Below are positions 43,901 through 56,500 of a stretch of DNA of 64,000 nt, one piece after another. Source of the DNA: Bispira polyomma (lineage: Eukaryota); NCBI GenBank assembly GCA_965649765.1, contig OZ287749.1, positions 38,254,001-38,318,000 on the forward strand, read 5' to 3'. Each line of letters starts with the position of its first letter. The first letter of the stretch is position 1. Below the pieces are notes generated by a model. That model was not told the DNA's origin, ran no database searches, and worked only from the letters and a program-made list of their open reading frames with translations. The position numbers and the translations under genes are program-made.

Positions 43901-45865
43901 GTCACACGAATTACTGAATCTGCTGACATCATTTTGAAGGCCTGGCCAGTAAAAATTCTGCAAAATCTTGTCCGTTGTCTTTCGTATGCCCAAATGTCCT
44001 CCAAGTAAAGCTTCATGCGCAAGCTTTAGTACTTTTGTTCTAAGTATCTTTGGAACCATCAATTGCTTCACCACGGAGCTGTTGACATCAGACAAAAACC
44101 TTCGGTAAAGTAGTCGAGACTTCACTTCAAACCAGGTCACATTGTTGCCTCTAACACATGACTTCTGCCCACTCTTGGCTAACTCCCAATAACGCTCAAG
44201 GCTGCTATCAGACATCTGGGCCTCAATCAGGTAGTCAACTGTGATGCTTGCATCCAATGGGGTCATGGTATGTAATCTCTTTTCAGGTCTGTCCCTTTTA
44301 GCTGCCTGACTTCGTGTTTGCACTGCATTCACACTTTGGGAATTCTGTTGCGGATCACTTGAAATAACCAGTTGAATATCTTTTCCAGAAGACATCTTCC
44401 AGTCTGGATCAGGACTCCCTGGTGACCTCACTCCAGTAATATTTCCCAGCACAAGTGGACAGACAGGATTGTTCATGCACATCGCTTCGACAGTCCCAAC
44501 AAAATATGGAGTATCAATTTCAATGGTAGCAGAGGACACTCTCTTACCTGTCCCATCCACTAATATACACAGGTGCTTCTTGCCCGTCAGCTGTTCAGGC
44601 TCCACCAAGCTTTGCTTTACCACCACACCAGTACAGCCTGTATCTCTTAAGACATCAACAACATGGGATCCTACTTTTCCTTTTACCACAGGCATGTTCT
44701 TCAGAATACCCTTCTGTTTCTCATGTTGATCACATGCCCCACTCACAATAGGAATCTTCTTTCCACATGCCAACTTGATGTTGTCCTGACTGACACAAGC
44801 ATGCTCACAAGTATGTACAGCACAAGCAGAAGAACCTTCTACACCTTTATCTTTGACCTGAGTCTTTACCGTTTCCTTCATATCTTCAGTAATCGCAGAG
44901 GCAATGGTCTTTACCCATGCTTTAGCTTTCAAATGGCAGTCTTTAGCGATATGTCCCATTTTTCCACATTTAAAGCACTTCTTGCCAAAACTACTACCTT
45001 GCCTTTTGTTGTCCACTGAAACAGATTTACTAACAGGTGGTTTGGATGTCTGTAAATCAGGATGGGCCGCTAGGTACATCTCTGCCAGTTCCGCCATCTC
45101 TGATGCAGTTGTTGGGTTCCTTTCCTTAAGAAAAATAGCAAGACTTTTGCTACTGGCATTAAGAAACTGTTCCCTCACTAATAAGTCTTCAATTCCGTCA
45201 AAAGACTTCTCAGTATTGCTCAGTTCCACCCAACGTTTTAAATAATTACGGAGTCTCTCCATGAACTGACCTGAGCTCTCACCAGGTGTAATTGTACCAG
45301 AACGAAACTTGACCCTGAAGCCCTCATCGTTCAGTTGGTATCTCTTGAGCAAAGCCGTCTTCAGTTTGTCATAATCATTTGCCTCCTCGTTACTGAGTCT
45401 TGAATACACTTCCAAGGCCTTACCAGTTAACAACGCACTAAGATTGATGGACCAACTTTCCTCAGGCCACTTCTGACTTGCAGCGAAACGTTCAAAACGA
45501 AGCAAGTAAGCGTCCATATCAGACTTCCCATCTTCAAAAACAGGCAACTTTGGAGTATGCGACTTCGTATAATTCACGCTTGAAAAGGTACTTTGCTCAG
45601 CCCTGATTGAAACATCTGCAGCTCTAATCTCCAGTTCTTTCACATCTCTTTCCATCTGTAACCTCTCTCTATCACTTTGCTGTTGCAACTCGACCATATC
45701 TCTGTCATGTGCTCTTTTAAGTCGTCTCTCCTCTCTTTCTCTGTCTTGCACCTCCCTTTCTCTTGCCTGCTCTCCAGCCTGCTCCTCTCTGACAAACTCT
45801 CTCAGTTCCAACCCTTCATAACCCAACTCCTTCCCGAGTTTAATTAAGCGCTCTAGCTGATCCAT
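40943..45865 (-). CDS. Gag-Pol polyprotein copy
   Basis: 1640-aa ORF matching 3041-7963. Confidence 0.97.
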   Translation of the reverse strand: MDQLERLIKLGKELGYEGLELREFVREEQAGEQAREREVQDREREERRLKRAHDRDMVELQQQSDRERLQMERDVKELEIRAADVSIRAEQSTFSSVNYTKSHTPKLPVFEDGKSDMDAYLLRFERFAASQKWPEESWSINLSALLTGKALEVYSRLSNEEANDYDKLKTALLKRYQLNDEGFRVKFRSGTITPGESSGQFMERLRNYLKRWVELSNTEKSFDGIEDLLVREQFLNASSKSLAIFLKERNPTTASEMAELAEMYLAAHPDLQTSKPPVSKSVSVDNKRQGSSFGKKCFKCGKMGHIAKDCHLKAKAWVKTIASAITEDMKETVKTQVKDKGVEGSSACAVHTCEHACVSQDNIKLACGKKIPIVSGACDQHEKQKGILKNMPVVKGKVGSHVVDVLRDTGCTGVVVKQSLVEPEQLTGKKHLCILVDGTGKRVSSATIEIDTPYFVGTVEAMCMNNPVCPLVLGNITGVRSPGSPDPDWKMSSGKDIQLVISSDPQQNSQSVNAVQTRSQAAKRDRPEKRLHTMTPLDASITVDYLIEAQMSDSSLERYWELAKSGQKSCVRGNNVTWFEVKSRLLYRRFLSDVNSSVVKQLMVPKILRTKVLKLAHEALLGGHLGIRKTTDKILQNFYWPGLQNDVSRFSNSCDICQRTSQKGRLPKVPLQNMPIIDTPFKRVAIDLVGPINPVSDKKRLHTMTPLDASITVDYLIEAQMSDSSLERYWELAKSGQKSCVRGNNVTWFEVKSRLLYRRFLSDVNSSVVKQLMVPKILRTKVLKLAHEALLGGHLGIRKTTDKILQNFYWPGLQNDVSRFSNSCDICQRTSQKGRLPKVPLQNMPIIDTPFKRVAIDLVGPINPVSDRGYRYMLTLMDYATRYPEVVPLKRIDSEAVAEALVNIFTRVGVPSEVLSDQGSQFLSSVMSEVSRLLSINRLVTTPYHPMCNGLVEKFHLVLKSMLRRLCQEKPKDWDRYIPAVLFAYRETPQASLGFSPFELLYGRTVRGPMQILHELWTKEGTPDEVKTTYEYVIDLRNKLEDTCKLAQEELRKNQAKSKIWYDKKTKPRKFQVGDKVLVLLPTVANKLLMSWKGPYEVMDVKGVNDYSVSMKGKVKVIHANMLKHYLERRESDVRSDLPVGGAPLDMVAVSLIEEEQEETQENLIDLFPYLQNESYKDVTISPTLTENQKQEVQQLLKEYQDIFSDLPGTTDLVEHKIVLNTDEPVRKRPYPIPYHLRKVVDEEVETMLKLGVIGSCDSPYASPIVLVKKKDGKIRFCADYRNLNLQTVFSTEPMMTANDIYSKLSGDVFFSKFDMTKGYWQIPMEEGSQDKTCFLTPQGSFRFLKMPFGLVNATATFNKMVRKLLKDLYFCDSFVDDILCHTPLWDQHLSELRKLFQRLRNAHLTVKPSKCQIGFKNLNFLGNHVGDGSMKPDEEKVLNILSVPIPVTKKQVRSFLGFIGYYSKYIPNFSAISAPLSDLTKKGQPNKVLWQEPQDKAFQALKELLAKRPILRLPDFAKPFIVQSDASEYGIGAVLMQEGDDGKFPVEYASKKLSDTQKHYAVIEKECLSLVWAIKKFAPYLYGKEFLVETDHQPLIYIKRSKMDNSRIMRWALFLQSFSFKIRAIRSSENVAADYLSRA

Positions 45866-46306
45866 GTCACTATGGTTACCTTACACACTACTACTACTGG
45901 GGTACAACTTCTGGACAAGGCACACAAGGCCAACCGTAACACTTTTGATCACTTACACACACTGTATGACTACAGCCACAGAACACTTGACTTGGGAATC
46001 CACCCAAAATAATGAGAATCCACTCAAATATGTGTGATGAGAATCCACTCTATCACAATCCTAATACTGAGAATCCACTCAGTTATTTACCTGAACACTT
46101 GTTCACAACGTAATAACCTTAAGTTGAGTATCCACGCACCCACCCAAATAGTATGAAATCCAACACAACTGTTCCCGGAAATAATACTATGTACCCCCCT
46201 AAGCTGATATACATATAATACATGCAACTACCTTACCCTGCCACACCTAGTATATACTTCTATGTTACATGTCACTAAATTTGGGATATCCTGGTCATGG
46301 CACCAA

Positions 46307-47166
46307 TGTTACATTTATGTTACATTTTAACACTAAAATGTTGGGTCAAAGATCGTATAGTAGTTCCCAAACCAAGTTTATTCTAAATACATGAAAACAA
46401 CAACAATATACTATAACAAAAATAATATTTAAACACCCTAAATATCTGACGCCAGAACTATTAACGGTAATAATATTCCACAAGATGTAAACAAAACAAA
46501 TGGTAAGTCAATTCAAAGTTCACAGTTGAACAACAGTTAATTTGCTGTAACTCTACACCAGCAAATAAGGTACGTATCCAGCCTGTATAGCAGTATGGTA
46601 ATTCTCCTTGAATGTAATGTACATATAATAGTTCACCAGCATGTAGGAAATCAGAGTAGTCAAAGGTAACCAGTAGCGACCTCATTATACTAGGATCACA
46701 TCAGTAAGACTTGGGTAGGTATAACCTCATGTAGCCCAGTTCACTACCAGCTATAGGGTGATGCTCACTATAGTCTACAAATAAAGGACTAAACTACTGA
46801 ACATTGGGCTTGGAAATAAACTAAAGTAGTTCTCAACTGAGTATACATTAAAGCATGATAATAACAACCTACATCTATACAATAAGAAATAAACTACACA
46901 TTAAACTAAAGAATCCTAATGCACAAATTATATAAAGTAATATTTACTCACATTATACACCCCAGTACAAAATAACCCAACTTGCTCCACCTTGTCCTTT
47001 TAACATGTGAGAAAGATTATACAAAGACAGAAGCCTAAATACCATAACAGGCAATATTCACATATTGAAAATCACACACACACAATCTGTGTTCTAACCA
47101 TAGTATTTTCGTATTTAATTTACACTCAAATAACCTAACCATAATATTTACACTCAATACACAACA
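46307..47166 (-). repeat. LTR copy
   Basis: Copy of 2088-2947. Confidence 0.75.
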
Positions 47167-47259
47167 TACTTCCACCCTAAGACCATACTTGCTATTGTTA
47201 CAAAAATAACCGCCAACAACCTCACCCACAAACTACTGTTCAGCAATCTTAAAAATAAA

Positions 47260-50200
47260 TTACGCTCTGCTCAGATAGTCAGCAGCAACATTTTCTGAAC
47301 TCCTTATAGCTCTAATCTTGAAACTAAATGATTGTAAGAACAATGCCCAACGCATAATGCGGCTATTATCCATTTTTGACCTCTTAATGTAAATGAGGGG
47401 CTGATGATCAGTCTCAACTAAGAATTCTTTCCCATACAAATATGGAGCAAATTTCTTGATTGCCCAAACTAGTGATAAGCATTCTTTCTCTATTACAGCA
47501 TAGTGCTTTTGAGTATCAGACAGCTTTTTACTAGCATATTCTACAGGAAACTTGCCATCATCACCTTCCTGCATCAATACCGCTCCTATACCATATTCAG
47601 AGGCATCACTCTGCACAATAAATGGTTTCGCAAAATCTGGTAATCTTAGAATTGGTCTCTTTGCTAGAAGTTCTTTCAAAGCCTGAAAAGCTTTATCTTG
47701 AGGTTCCTGCCACAGTACTTTGTTAGGTTGACCTTTCTTAGTGAGATCCGATAATGGTGCAGAGATAGCACTGAAGTTGGGAATATACTTCGAGTAGTAA
47801 CCAATAAAACCAAGGAAACTTCGCACCTGCTTCTTGGTCACAGGTATAGGCACTGACAAAATATTCAAAACCTTTTCTTCGTCCGGTTTCATAGAACCAT
47901 CACCAACATGATTCCCTAAAAAATTGAGGTTTTTGAAACCTATTTGACACTTTGACGGCTTTACGGTTAAGTGCGCATTTCTGAGTCGCTGGAAGAGTTT
48001 CCTCAATTCACTCAAATGCTGGTCCCACAAAGGCGTGTGACATAGAATATCATCTACAAAACTGTCACAGAAATACAGATCTTTCAATAACTTCCGCACC
48101 ATCTTGTTGAAGGTTGCCGTAGCATTTACCAAGCCAAAAGGCATCTTGAGAAAGCGAAAGCTTCCCTGAGGAGTGAGAAAGCACGTCTTATCTTGACTAC
48201 CTTCTTCCATTGGTATTTGCCAGTATCCCTTTGTCATGTCAAACTTACTGAAGAATACATCCCCTGACAATTTTGAATATATGTCATTAGCCGTCATCAT
48301 TGGCTCTGTTGAAAATACAGTTTGTAGGTTAAGATTCCGATAATCTGCACAGAAGCGAATTTTCCCGTCCTTTTTCTTCACCAGCACAATAGGTGATGCG
48401 TAAGGTGAGTCACAACTACCGATCACACCCAACTTCAGCATAGTCTCAACTTCTTCATCAACGACCTTCCGGAGATGATAAGGTATGGGATATGGCCTCT
48501 TCCTGACAGGCTCATCAGTATTCAACACAATTTTGTGCTCTACTAAATCCGTAGTGCCTGGCAAATCAGAAAATATATCTTGGTACTCTTTGAGTAACTG
48601 TTGGACTTCTTGCTTTTGATTTTCTGTTAGTGTAGGACTAATGGTCACATCTTTGTAAGATTCATTCTGAAGATACGGAAATAAATCAATTAAGTTTTCT
48701 TGCGTCTCTTCTTGTTCCTCCTCAATCAAAGATACAGCCACCATGTCCAATGGTGCACCACCAACAGGCAAGTCACTTCTCACATCACTTTCACGTCGTT
48801 CGAGGTAATGCTTCAACATGTTAGCGTGAATAACTTTCACCTTCCCTTTCATGCTGACAGAGTAGTCATTCACACCCTTAACATCCATGACCTCATACGG
48901 ACCTTTCCAAGACATCAACAGTTTATTGGCTACAGTAGGCAGTAATACCAGAACCTTATCACCAACTTGGAATTTCCTCGGTTTGGTCTTCTTATCATAC
49001 CATATCTTCGATTTTGCTTGATTCTTTCTCAACTCTTCTTGGGCCAACTTACAAGTATCTTCCAATTTATTTCTCAAATCAATAACATACTCATAGGTTG
49101 TCTTGACTTCATCTGGGGTTCCTTCCTTTGTCCACAACTCATGAAGTATCTGCATAGGTCCACGGACAGTTCTTCCATAGAGCAACTCAAATGGTGAAAA
49201 TCCTAGGCTAGCTTGAGGAGTCTCTCTATAGGCAAATAAAACTGCCGGAATGTACCGGTCCCAGTCTTTAGGTTTCTCCTGACATAACCTTCTCAGCATT
49301 GACTTCAGTACAAGGTGGAATTTCTCAACAAGCCCATTGCACATGGGGTGGTACGGTGTAGTAACCAGCCGGTTGATACTCAGCAACCGTGAGACCTCAG
49401 ACATCACACTGCTCAGGAACTGAGAACCTTGGTCACTCAAAACTTCTGATGGCACACCTACTCTTGTAAATATGTTGACCAATGCCTCGGCAACAGCTTC
49501 AGAATCTATGCGTTTCAATGGAACAACCTCTGGATACCTGGTGGCATAGTCCATCAAAGTTAACATATAACGGTAGCCCCTATCTGAAACTGGATTAATG
49601 GGTCCAACCAAGTCAATCGCTACCCTTTTGAAGGGCGTGTCAATTATGGGCATGTTTTGCAATGGAACTTTTGGCAGTCTTCCCTTCTGTGAAGTCCTCT
49701 GGCATATGTCACACGAATTACTGAATCTGCTGACATCATTTTGAAGGCCTGGCCAGTAAAAATTCTGCAAAATCTTGTCCGTTGTCTTTCGTATGCCCAA
49801 ATGTCCTCCAAGTAAAGCTTCATGCGCAAGCTTTAGTACTTTTGTTCTAAGTATCTTTGGAACCATCAATTGCTTCACCACGGAGCTGTTGACATCAGAC
49901 AAAAACCTTCGGTAAAGTAGTCGAGACTTCACTTCAAACCAGGTCACATTGTTGCCTCTAACACATGACTTCTGCCCACTCTTGGCTAACTCCCAATAAC
50001 GCTCAAGGCTGCTATCAGACATCTGGGCCTCAATCAGGTAGTCAACTGTGATGCTTGCATCCAATGGGGTCATGGTATGTAATCTCTTTTTATCTGAAAC
50101 TGGATTAATGGGTCCAACCAAGTCAATCGCTACCCTTTTGAAGGGCGTGTCAATTATGGGCATGTTTTGCAATGGAACTTTTGGCAGTCTTCCCTTCTGT

Positions 50201-52182
50201 GAAGTCCTCTGGCATATGTCACACGAATTACTGAATCTGCTGACATCATTTTGAAGGCCTGGCCAGTAAAAATTCTGCAAAATCTTGTCCGTTGTCTTTC
50301 GTATGCCCAAATGTCCTCCAAGTAAAGCTTCATGCGCAAGCTTTAGTACTTTTGTTCTAAGTATCTTTGGAACCATCAATTGCTTCACCACGGAGCTGTT
50401 GACATCAGACAAAAACCTTCGGTAAAGTAGTCGAGACTTCACTTCAAACCAGGTCACATTGTTGCCTCTAACACATGACTTCTGCCCACTCTTGGCTAAC
50501 TCCCAATAACGCTCAAGGCTGCTATCAGACATCTGGGCCTCAATCAGGTAGTCAACTGTGATGCTTGCATCCAATGGGGTCATGGTATGTAATCTCTTTT
50601 CAGGTCTGTCCCTTTTAGCTGCCTGACTTCGTGTTTGCACTGCATTCACACTTTGGGAATTCTGTTGCGGATCACTTGAAATAACCAGTTGAATATCTTT
50701 TCCAGAAGACATCTTCCAGTCTGGATCAGGACTCCCTGGTGACCTCACTCCAGTAATATTTCCCAGCACAAGTGGACAGACAGGATTGTTCATGCACATC
50801 GCTTCGACAGTCCCAACAAAATATGGAGTATCAATTTCAATGGTAGCAGAGGACACTCTCTTACCTGTCCCATCCACTAATATACACAGGTGCTTCTTGC
50901 CCGTCAGCTGTTCAGGCTCCACCAAGCTTTGCTTTACCACCACACCAGTACAGCCTGTATCTCTTAAGACATCAACAACATGGGATCCTACTTTTCCTTT
51001 TACCACAGGCATGTTCTTCAGAATACCCTTCTGTTTCTCATGTTGATCACATGCCCCACTCACAATAGGAATCTTCTTTCCACATGCCAACTTGATGTTG
51101 TCCTGACTGACACAAGCATGCTCACAAGTATGTACAGCACAAGCAGAAGAACCTTCTACACCTTTATCTTTGACCTGAGTCTTTACCGTTTCCTTCATAT
51201 CTTCAGTAATCGCAGAGGCAATGGTCTTTACCCATGCTTTAGCTTTCAAATGGCAGTCTTTAGCGATATGTCCCATTTTTCCACATTTAAAGCACTTCTT
51301 GCCAAAACTACTACCTTGCCTTTTGTTGTCCACTGAAACAGATTTACTAACAGGTGGTTTGGATGTCTGTAAATCAGGATGGGCCGCTAGGTACATCTCT
51401 GCCAGTTCCGCCATCTCTGATGCAGTTGTTGGGTTCCTTTCCTTAAGAAAAATAGCAAGACTTTTGCTACTGGCATTAAGAAACTGTTCCCTCACTAATA
51501 AGTCTTCAATTCCGTCAAAAGACTTCTCAGTATTGCTCAGTTCCACCCAACGTTTTAAATAATTACGGAGTCTCTCCATGAACTGACCTGAGCTCTCACC
51601 AGGTGTAATTGTACCAGAACGAAACTTGACCCTGAAGCCCTCATCGTTCAGTTGGTATCTCTTGAGCAAAGCCGTCTTCAGTTTGTCATAATCATTTGCC
51701 TCCTCGTTACTGAGTCTTGAATACACTTCCAAGGCCTTACCAGTTAACAACGCACTAAGATTGATGGACCAACTTTCCTCAGGCCACTTCTGACTTGCAG
51801 CGAAACGTTCAAAACGAAGCAAGTAAGCGTCCATATCAGACTTCCCATCTTCAAAAACAGGCAACTTTGGAGTATGCGACTTCGTATAATTCACGCTTGA
51901 AAAGGTACTTTGCTCAGCCCTGATTGAAACATCTGCAGCTCTAATCTCCAGTTCTTTCACATCTCTTTCCATCTGTAACCTCTCTCTATCACTTTGCTGT
52001 TGCAACTCGACCATATCTCTGTCATGTGCTCTTTTAAGTCGTCTCTCCTCTCTTTCTCTGTCTTGCACCTCCCTTTCTCTTGCCTGCTCTCCAGCCTGCT
52101 CCTCTCTGACAAACTCTCTCAGTTCCAACCCTTCATAACCCAACTCCTTCCCGAGTTTAATTAAGCGCTCTAGCTGATCCAT
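47260..52182 (-). CDS. Gag-Pol polyprotein copy
   Basis: 1640-aa ORF matching 3041-7963. Confidence 0.97.
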   Translation of the reverse strand: MDQLERLIKLGKELGYEGLELREFVREEQAGEQAREREVQDREREERRLKRAHDRDMVELQQQSDRERLQMERDVKELEIRAADVSIRAEQSTFSSVNYTKSHTPKLPVFEDGKSDMDAYLLRFERFAASQKWPEESWSINLSALLTGKALEVYSRLSNEEANDYDKLKTALLKRYQLNDEGFRVKFRSGTITPGESSGQFMERLRNYLKRWVELSNTEKSFDGIEDLLVREQFLNASSKSLAIFLKERNPTTASEMAELAEMYLAAHPDLQTSKPPVSKSVSVDNKRQGSSFGKKCFKCGKMGHIAKDCHLKAKAWVKTIASAITEDMKETVKTQVKDKGVEGSSACAVHTCEHACVSQDNIKLACGKKIPIVSGACDQHEKQKGILKNMPVVKGKVGSHVVDVLRDTGCTGVVVKQSLVEPEQLTGKKHLCILVDGTGKRVSSATIEIDTPYFVGTVEAMCMNNPVCPLVLGNITGVRSPGSPDPDWKMSSGKDIQLVISSDPQQNSQSVNAVQTRSQAAKRDRPEKRLHTMTPLDASITVDYLIEAQMSDSSLERYWELAKSGQKSCVRGNNVTWFEVKSRLLYRRFLSDVNSSVVKQLMVPKILRTKVLKLAHEALLGGHLGIRKTTDKILQNFYWPGLQNDVSRFSNSCDICQRTSQKGRLPKVPLQNMPIIDTPFKRVAIDLVGPINPVSDKKRLHTMTPLDASITVDYLIEAQMSDSSLERYWELAKSGQKSCVRGNNVTWFEVKSRLLYRRFLSDVNSSVVKQLMVPKILRTKVLKLAHEALLGGHLGIRKTTDKILQNFYWPGLQNDVSRFSNSCDICQRTSQKGRLPKVPLQNMPIIDTPFKRVAIDLVGPINPVSDRGYRYMLTLMDYATRYPEVVPLKRIDSEAVAEALVNIFTRVGVPSEVLSDQGSQFLSSVMSEVSRLLSINRLVTTPYHPMCNGLVEKFHLVLKSMLRRLCQEKPKDWDRYIPAVLFAYRETPQASLGFSPFELLYGRTVRGPMQILHELWTKEGTPDEVKTTYEYVIDLRNKLEDTCKLAQEELRKNQAKSKIWYDKKTKPRKFQVGDKVLVLLPTVANKLLMSWKGPYEVMDVKGVNDYSVSMKGKVKVIHANMLKHYLERRESDVRSDLPVGGAPLDMVAVSLIEEEQEETQENLIDLFPYLQNESYKDVTISPTLTENQKQEVQQLLKEYQDIFSDLPGTTDLVEHKIVLNTDEPVRKRPYPIPYHLRKVVDEEVETMLKLGVIGSCDSPYASPIVLVKKKDGKIRFCADYRNLNLQTVFSTEPMMTANDIYSKLSGDVFFSKFDMTKGYWQIPMEEGSQDKTCFLTPQGSFRFLKMPFGLVNATATFNKMVRKLLKDLYFCDSFVDDILCHTPLWDQHLSELRKLFQRLRNAHLTVKPSKCQIGFKNLNFLGNHVGDGSMKPDEEKVLNILSVPIPVTKKQVRSFLGFIGYYSKYIPNFSAISAPLSDLTKKGQPNKVLWQEPQDKAFQALKELLAKRPILRLPDFAKPFIVQSDASEYGIGAVLMQEGDDGKFPVEYASKKLSDTQKHYAVIEKECLSLVWAIKKFAPYLYGKEFLVETDHQPLIYIKRSKMDNSRIMRWALFLQSFSFKIRAIRSSENVAADYLSRA

Positions 52183-52623
52183 GTCACTATGGTTACCTTA
52201 CACACTACTACTACTGGGGTACAACTTCTGGACAAGGCACACAAGGCCAACCGTAACACTTTTGATCACTTACACACACTGTATGACTACAGCCACAGAA
52301 CACTTGACTTGGGAATCCACCCAAAATAATGAGAATCCACTCAAATATGTGTGATGAGAATCCACTCTATCACAATCCTAATACTGAGAATCCACTCAGT
52401 TATTTACCTGAACACTTGTTCACAACGTAATAACCTTAAGTTGAGTATCCACGCACCCACCCAAATAGTATGAAATCCAACACAACTGTTCCCGGAAATA
52501 ATACTATGTACCCCCCTAAGCTGATATACATATAATACATGCAACTACCTTACCCTGCCACACCTAGTATATACTTCTATGTTACATGTCACTAAATTTG
52601 GGATATCCTGGTCATGGCACCAA

Positions 52624-53483
52624 TGTTACATTTATGTTACATTTTAACACTAAAATGTTGGGTCAAAGATCGTATAGTAGTTCCCAAACCAAGTTTATTC
52701 TAAATACATGAAAACAACAACAATATACTATAACAAAAATAATATTTAAACACCCTAAATATCTGACGCCAGAACTATTAACGGTAATAATATTCCACAA
52801 GATGTAAACAAAACAAATGGTAAGTCAATTCAAAGTTCACAGTTGAACAACAGTTAATTTGCTGTAACTCTACACCAGCAAATAAGGTACGTATCCAGCC
52901 TGTATAGCAGTATGGTAATTCTCCTTGAATGTAATGTACATATAATAGTTCACCAGCATGTAGGAAATCAGAGTAGTCAAAGGTAACCAGTAGCGACCTC
53001 ATTATACTAGGATCACATCAGTAAGACTTGGGTAGGTATAACCTCATGTAGCCCAGTTCACTACCAGCTATAGGGTGATGCTCACTATAGTCTACAAATA
53101 AAGGACTAAACTACTGAACATTGGGCTTGGAAATAAACTAAAGTAGTTCTCAACTGAGTATACATTAAAGCATGATAATAACAACCTACATCTATACAAT
53201 AAGAAATAAACTACACATTAAACTAAAGAATCCTAATGCACAAATTATATAAAGTAATATTTACTCACATTATACACCCCAGTACAAAATAACCCAACTT
53301 GCTCCACCTTGTCCTTTTAACATGTGAGAAAGATTATACAAAGACAGAAGCCTAAATACCATAACAGGCAATATTCACATATTGAAAATCACACACACAC
53401 AATCTGTGTTCTAACCATAGTATTTTCGTATTTAATTTACACTCAAATAACCTAACCATAATATTTACACTCAATACACAACA
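52624..53483 (-). repeat. LTR copy
   Basis: Copy of 2088-2947. Confidence 0.75.
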
Positions 53484-53576
53484 TACTTCCACCCTAAGAC
53501 CATACTTGCTATTGTTACAAAAATAACCGCCAACAACCTCACCCACAAACTACTGTTCAGCAATCTTAAAAATAAA

Positions 53577-56500
53577 TTACGCTCTGCTCAGATAGTCAGC
53601 AGCAACATTTTCTGAACTCCTTATAGCTCTAATCTTGAAACTAAATGATTGTAAGAACAATGCCCAACGCATAATGCGGCTATTATCCATTTTTGACCTC
53701 TTAATGTAAATGAGGGGCTGATGATCAGTCTCAACTAAGAATTCTTTCCCATACAAATATGGAGCAAATTTCTTGATTGCCCAAACTAGTGATAAGCATT
53801 CTTTCTCTATTACAGCATAGTGCTTTTGAGTATCAGACAGCTTTTTACTAGCATATTCTACAGGAAACTTGCCATCATCACCTTCCTGCATCAATACCGC
53901 TCCTATACCATATTCAGAGGCATCACTCTGCACAATAAATGGTTTCGCAAAATCTGGTAATCTTAGAATTGGTCTCTTTGCTAGAAGTTCTTTCAAAGCC
54001 TGAAAAGCTTTATCTTGAGGTTCCTGCCACAGTACTTTGTTAGGTTGACCTTTCTTAGTGAGATCCGATAATGGTGCAGAGATAGCACTGAAGTTGGGAA
54101 TATACTTCGAGTAGTAACCAATAAAACCAAGGAAACTTCGCACCTGCTTCTTGGTCACAGGTATAGGCACTGACAAAATATTCAAAACCTTTTCTTCGTC
54201 CGGTTTCATAGAACCATCACCAACATGATTCCCTAAAAAATTGAGGTTTTTGAAACCTATTTGACACTTTGACGGCTTTACGGTTAAGTGCGCATTTCTG
54301 AGTCGCTGGAAGAGTTTCCTCAATTCACTCAAATGCTGGTCCCACAAAGGCGTGTGACATAGAATATCATCTACAAAACTGTCACAGAAATACAGATCTT
54401 TCAATAACTTCCGCACCATCTTGTTGAAGGTTGCCGTAGCATTTACCAAGCCAAAAGGCATCTTGAGAAAGCGAAAGCTTCCCTGAGGAGTGAGAAAGCA
54501 CGTCTTATCTTGACTACCTTCTTCCATTGGTATTTGCCAGTATCCCTTTGTCATGTCAAACTTACTGAAGAATACATCCCCTGACAATTTTGAATATATG
54601 TCATTAGCCGTCATCATTGGCTCTGTTGAAAATACAGTTTGTAGGTTAAGATTCCGATAATCTGCACAGAAGCGAATTTTCCCGTCCTTTTTCTTCACCA
54701 GCACAATAGGTGATGCGTAAGGTGAGTCACAACTACCGATCACACCCAACTTCAGCATAGTCTCAACTTCTTCATCAACGACCTTCCGGAGATGATAAGG
54801 TATGGGATATGGCCTCTTCCTGACAGGCTCATCAGTATTCAACACAATTTTGTGCTCTACTAAATCCGTAGTGCCTGGCAAATCAGAAAATATATCTTGG
54901 TACTCTTTGAGTAACTGTTGGACTTCTTGCTTTTGATTTTCTGTTAGTGTAGGACTAATGGTCACATCTTTGTAAGATTCATTCTGAAGATACGGAAATA
55001 AATCAATTAAGTTTTCTTGCGTCTCTTCTTGTTCCTCCTCAATCAAAGATACAGCCACCATGTCCAATGGTGCACCACCAACAGGCAAGTCACTTCTCAC
55101 ATCACTTTCACGTCGTTCGAGGTAATGCTTCAACATGTTAGCGTGAATAACTTTCACCTTCCCTTTCATGCTGACAGAGTAGTCATTCACACCCTTAACA
55201 TCCATGACCTCATACGGACCTTTCCAAGACATCAACAGTTTATTGGCTACAGTAGGCAGTAATACCAGAACCTTATCACCAACTTGGAATTTCCTCGGTT
55301 TGGTCTTCTTATCATACCATATCTTCGATTTTGCTTGATTCTTGCTCAACTCTTCTTGGGCCAACTTACAAGTATCTTCCAATTTATTTCTCAAATCAAT
55401 AACATACTCATAGGTTGTCTTGACTTCATCTGGGGTTCCTTCCTTTGTCCACAACTCATGAAGTATCTGCATAGGTCCACGGACAGTTCTTCCATAGAGC
55501 AACTCAAATGGTGAAAATCCTAGGCTAGCTTGAGGAGTCTCTCTATAGGCAAATAAAACTGCCGGAATGTACCGGTCCCAGTCTTTAGGTTTCTCCTGAC
55601 ATAACCTTCTCAGCATTGACTTCAGTACAAGGTGGAATTTCTCAACAAGCCCATTGCACATGGGGTGGTACGGTGTAGTAACCAGCCGGTTGATACTCAG
55701 CAACCGTGAGACCTCAGACATCACACTGCTCAGGAACTGAGAACCTTGGTCACTCAAAACTTCTGATGGCACACCTACTCTTGTAAATATGTTGACCAAT
55801 GCCTCGGCAACAGCTTCAGAATCTATGCGTTTCAATGGAACAACCTCTGGATACCTGGTGGCATAGTCCATCAAAGTTAACATATAACGGTAGCCCCTAT
55901 CTGAAACTGGATTAATGGGTCCAACCAAGTCAATCGCTACCCTTTTGAAGGGCGTGTCAATTATGGGCATGTTTTGCAATGGAACTTTTGGCAGTCTTCC
56001 CTTCTGTGAAGTCCTCTGGCATATGTCACACGAATTACTGAATCTGCTGACATCATTTTGAAGGCCTGGCCAGTAAAAATTCTGCAAAATCTTGTCCGTT
56101 GTCTTTCGTATGCCCAAATGTCCTCCAAGTAAAGCTTCATGCGCAAGCTTTAGTACTTTTGTTCTAAGTATCTTTGGAACCATCAATTGCTTCACCACGG
56201 AGCTGTTGACATCAGACAAAAACCTTCGGTAAAGTAGTCGAGACTTCACTTCAAACCAGGTCACATTGTTGCCTCTAACACATGACTTCTGCCCACTCTT
56301 GGCTAACTCCCAATAACGCTCAAGGCTGCTATCAGACATCTGGGCCTCAATCAGGTAGTCAACTGTGATGCTTGCATCCAATGGGGTCATGGTATGTAAT
56401 CTCTTTTTATCTGAAACTGGATTAATGGGTCCAACCAAGTCAATCGCTACCCTTTTGAAGGGCGTGTCAATTATGGGCATGTTTTGCAATGGAACTTTTG

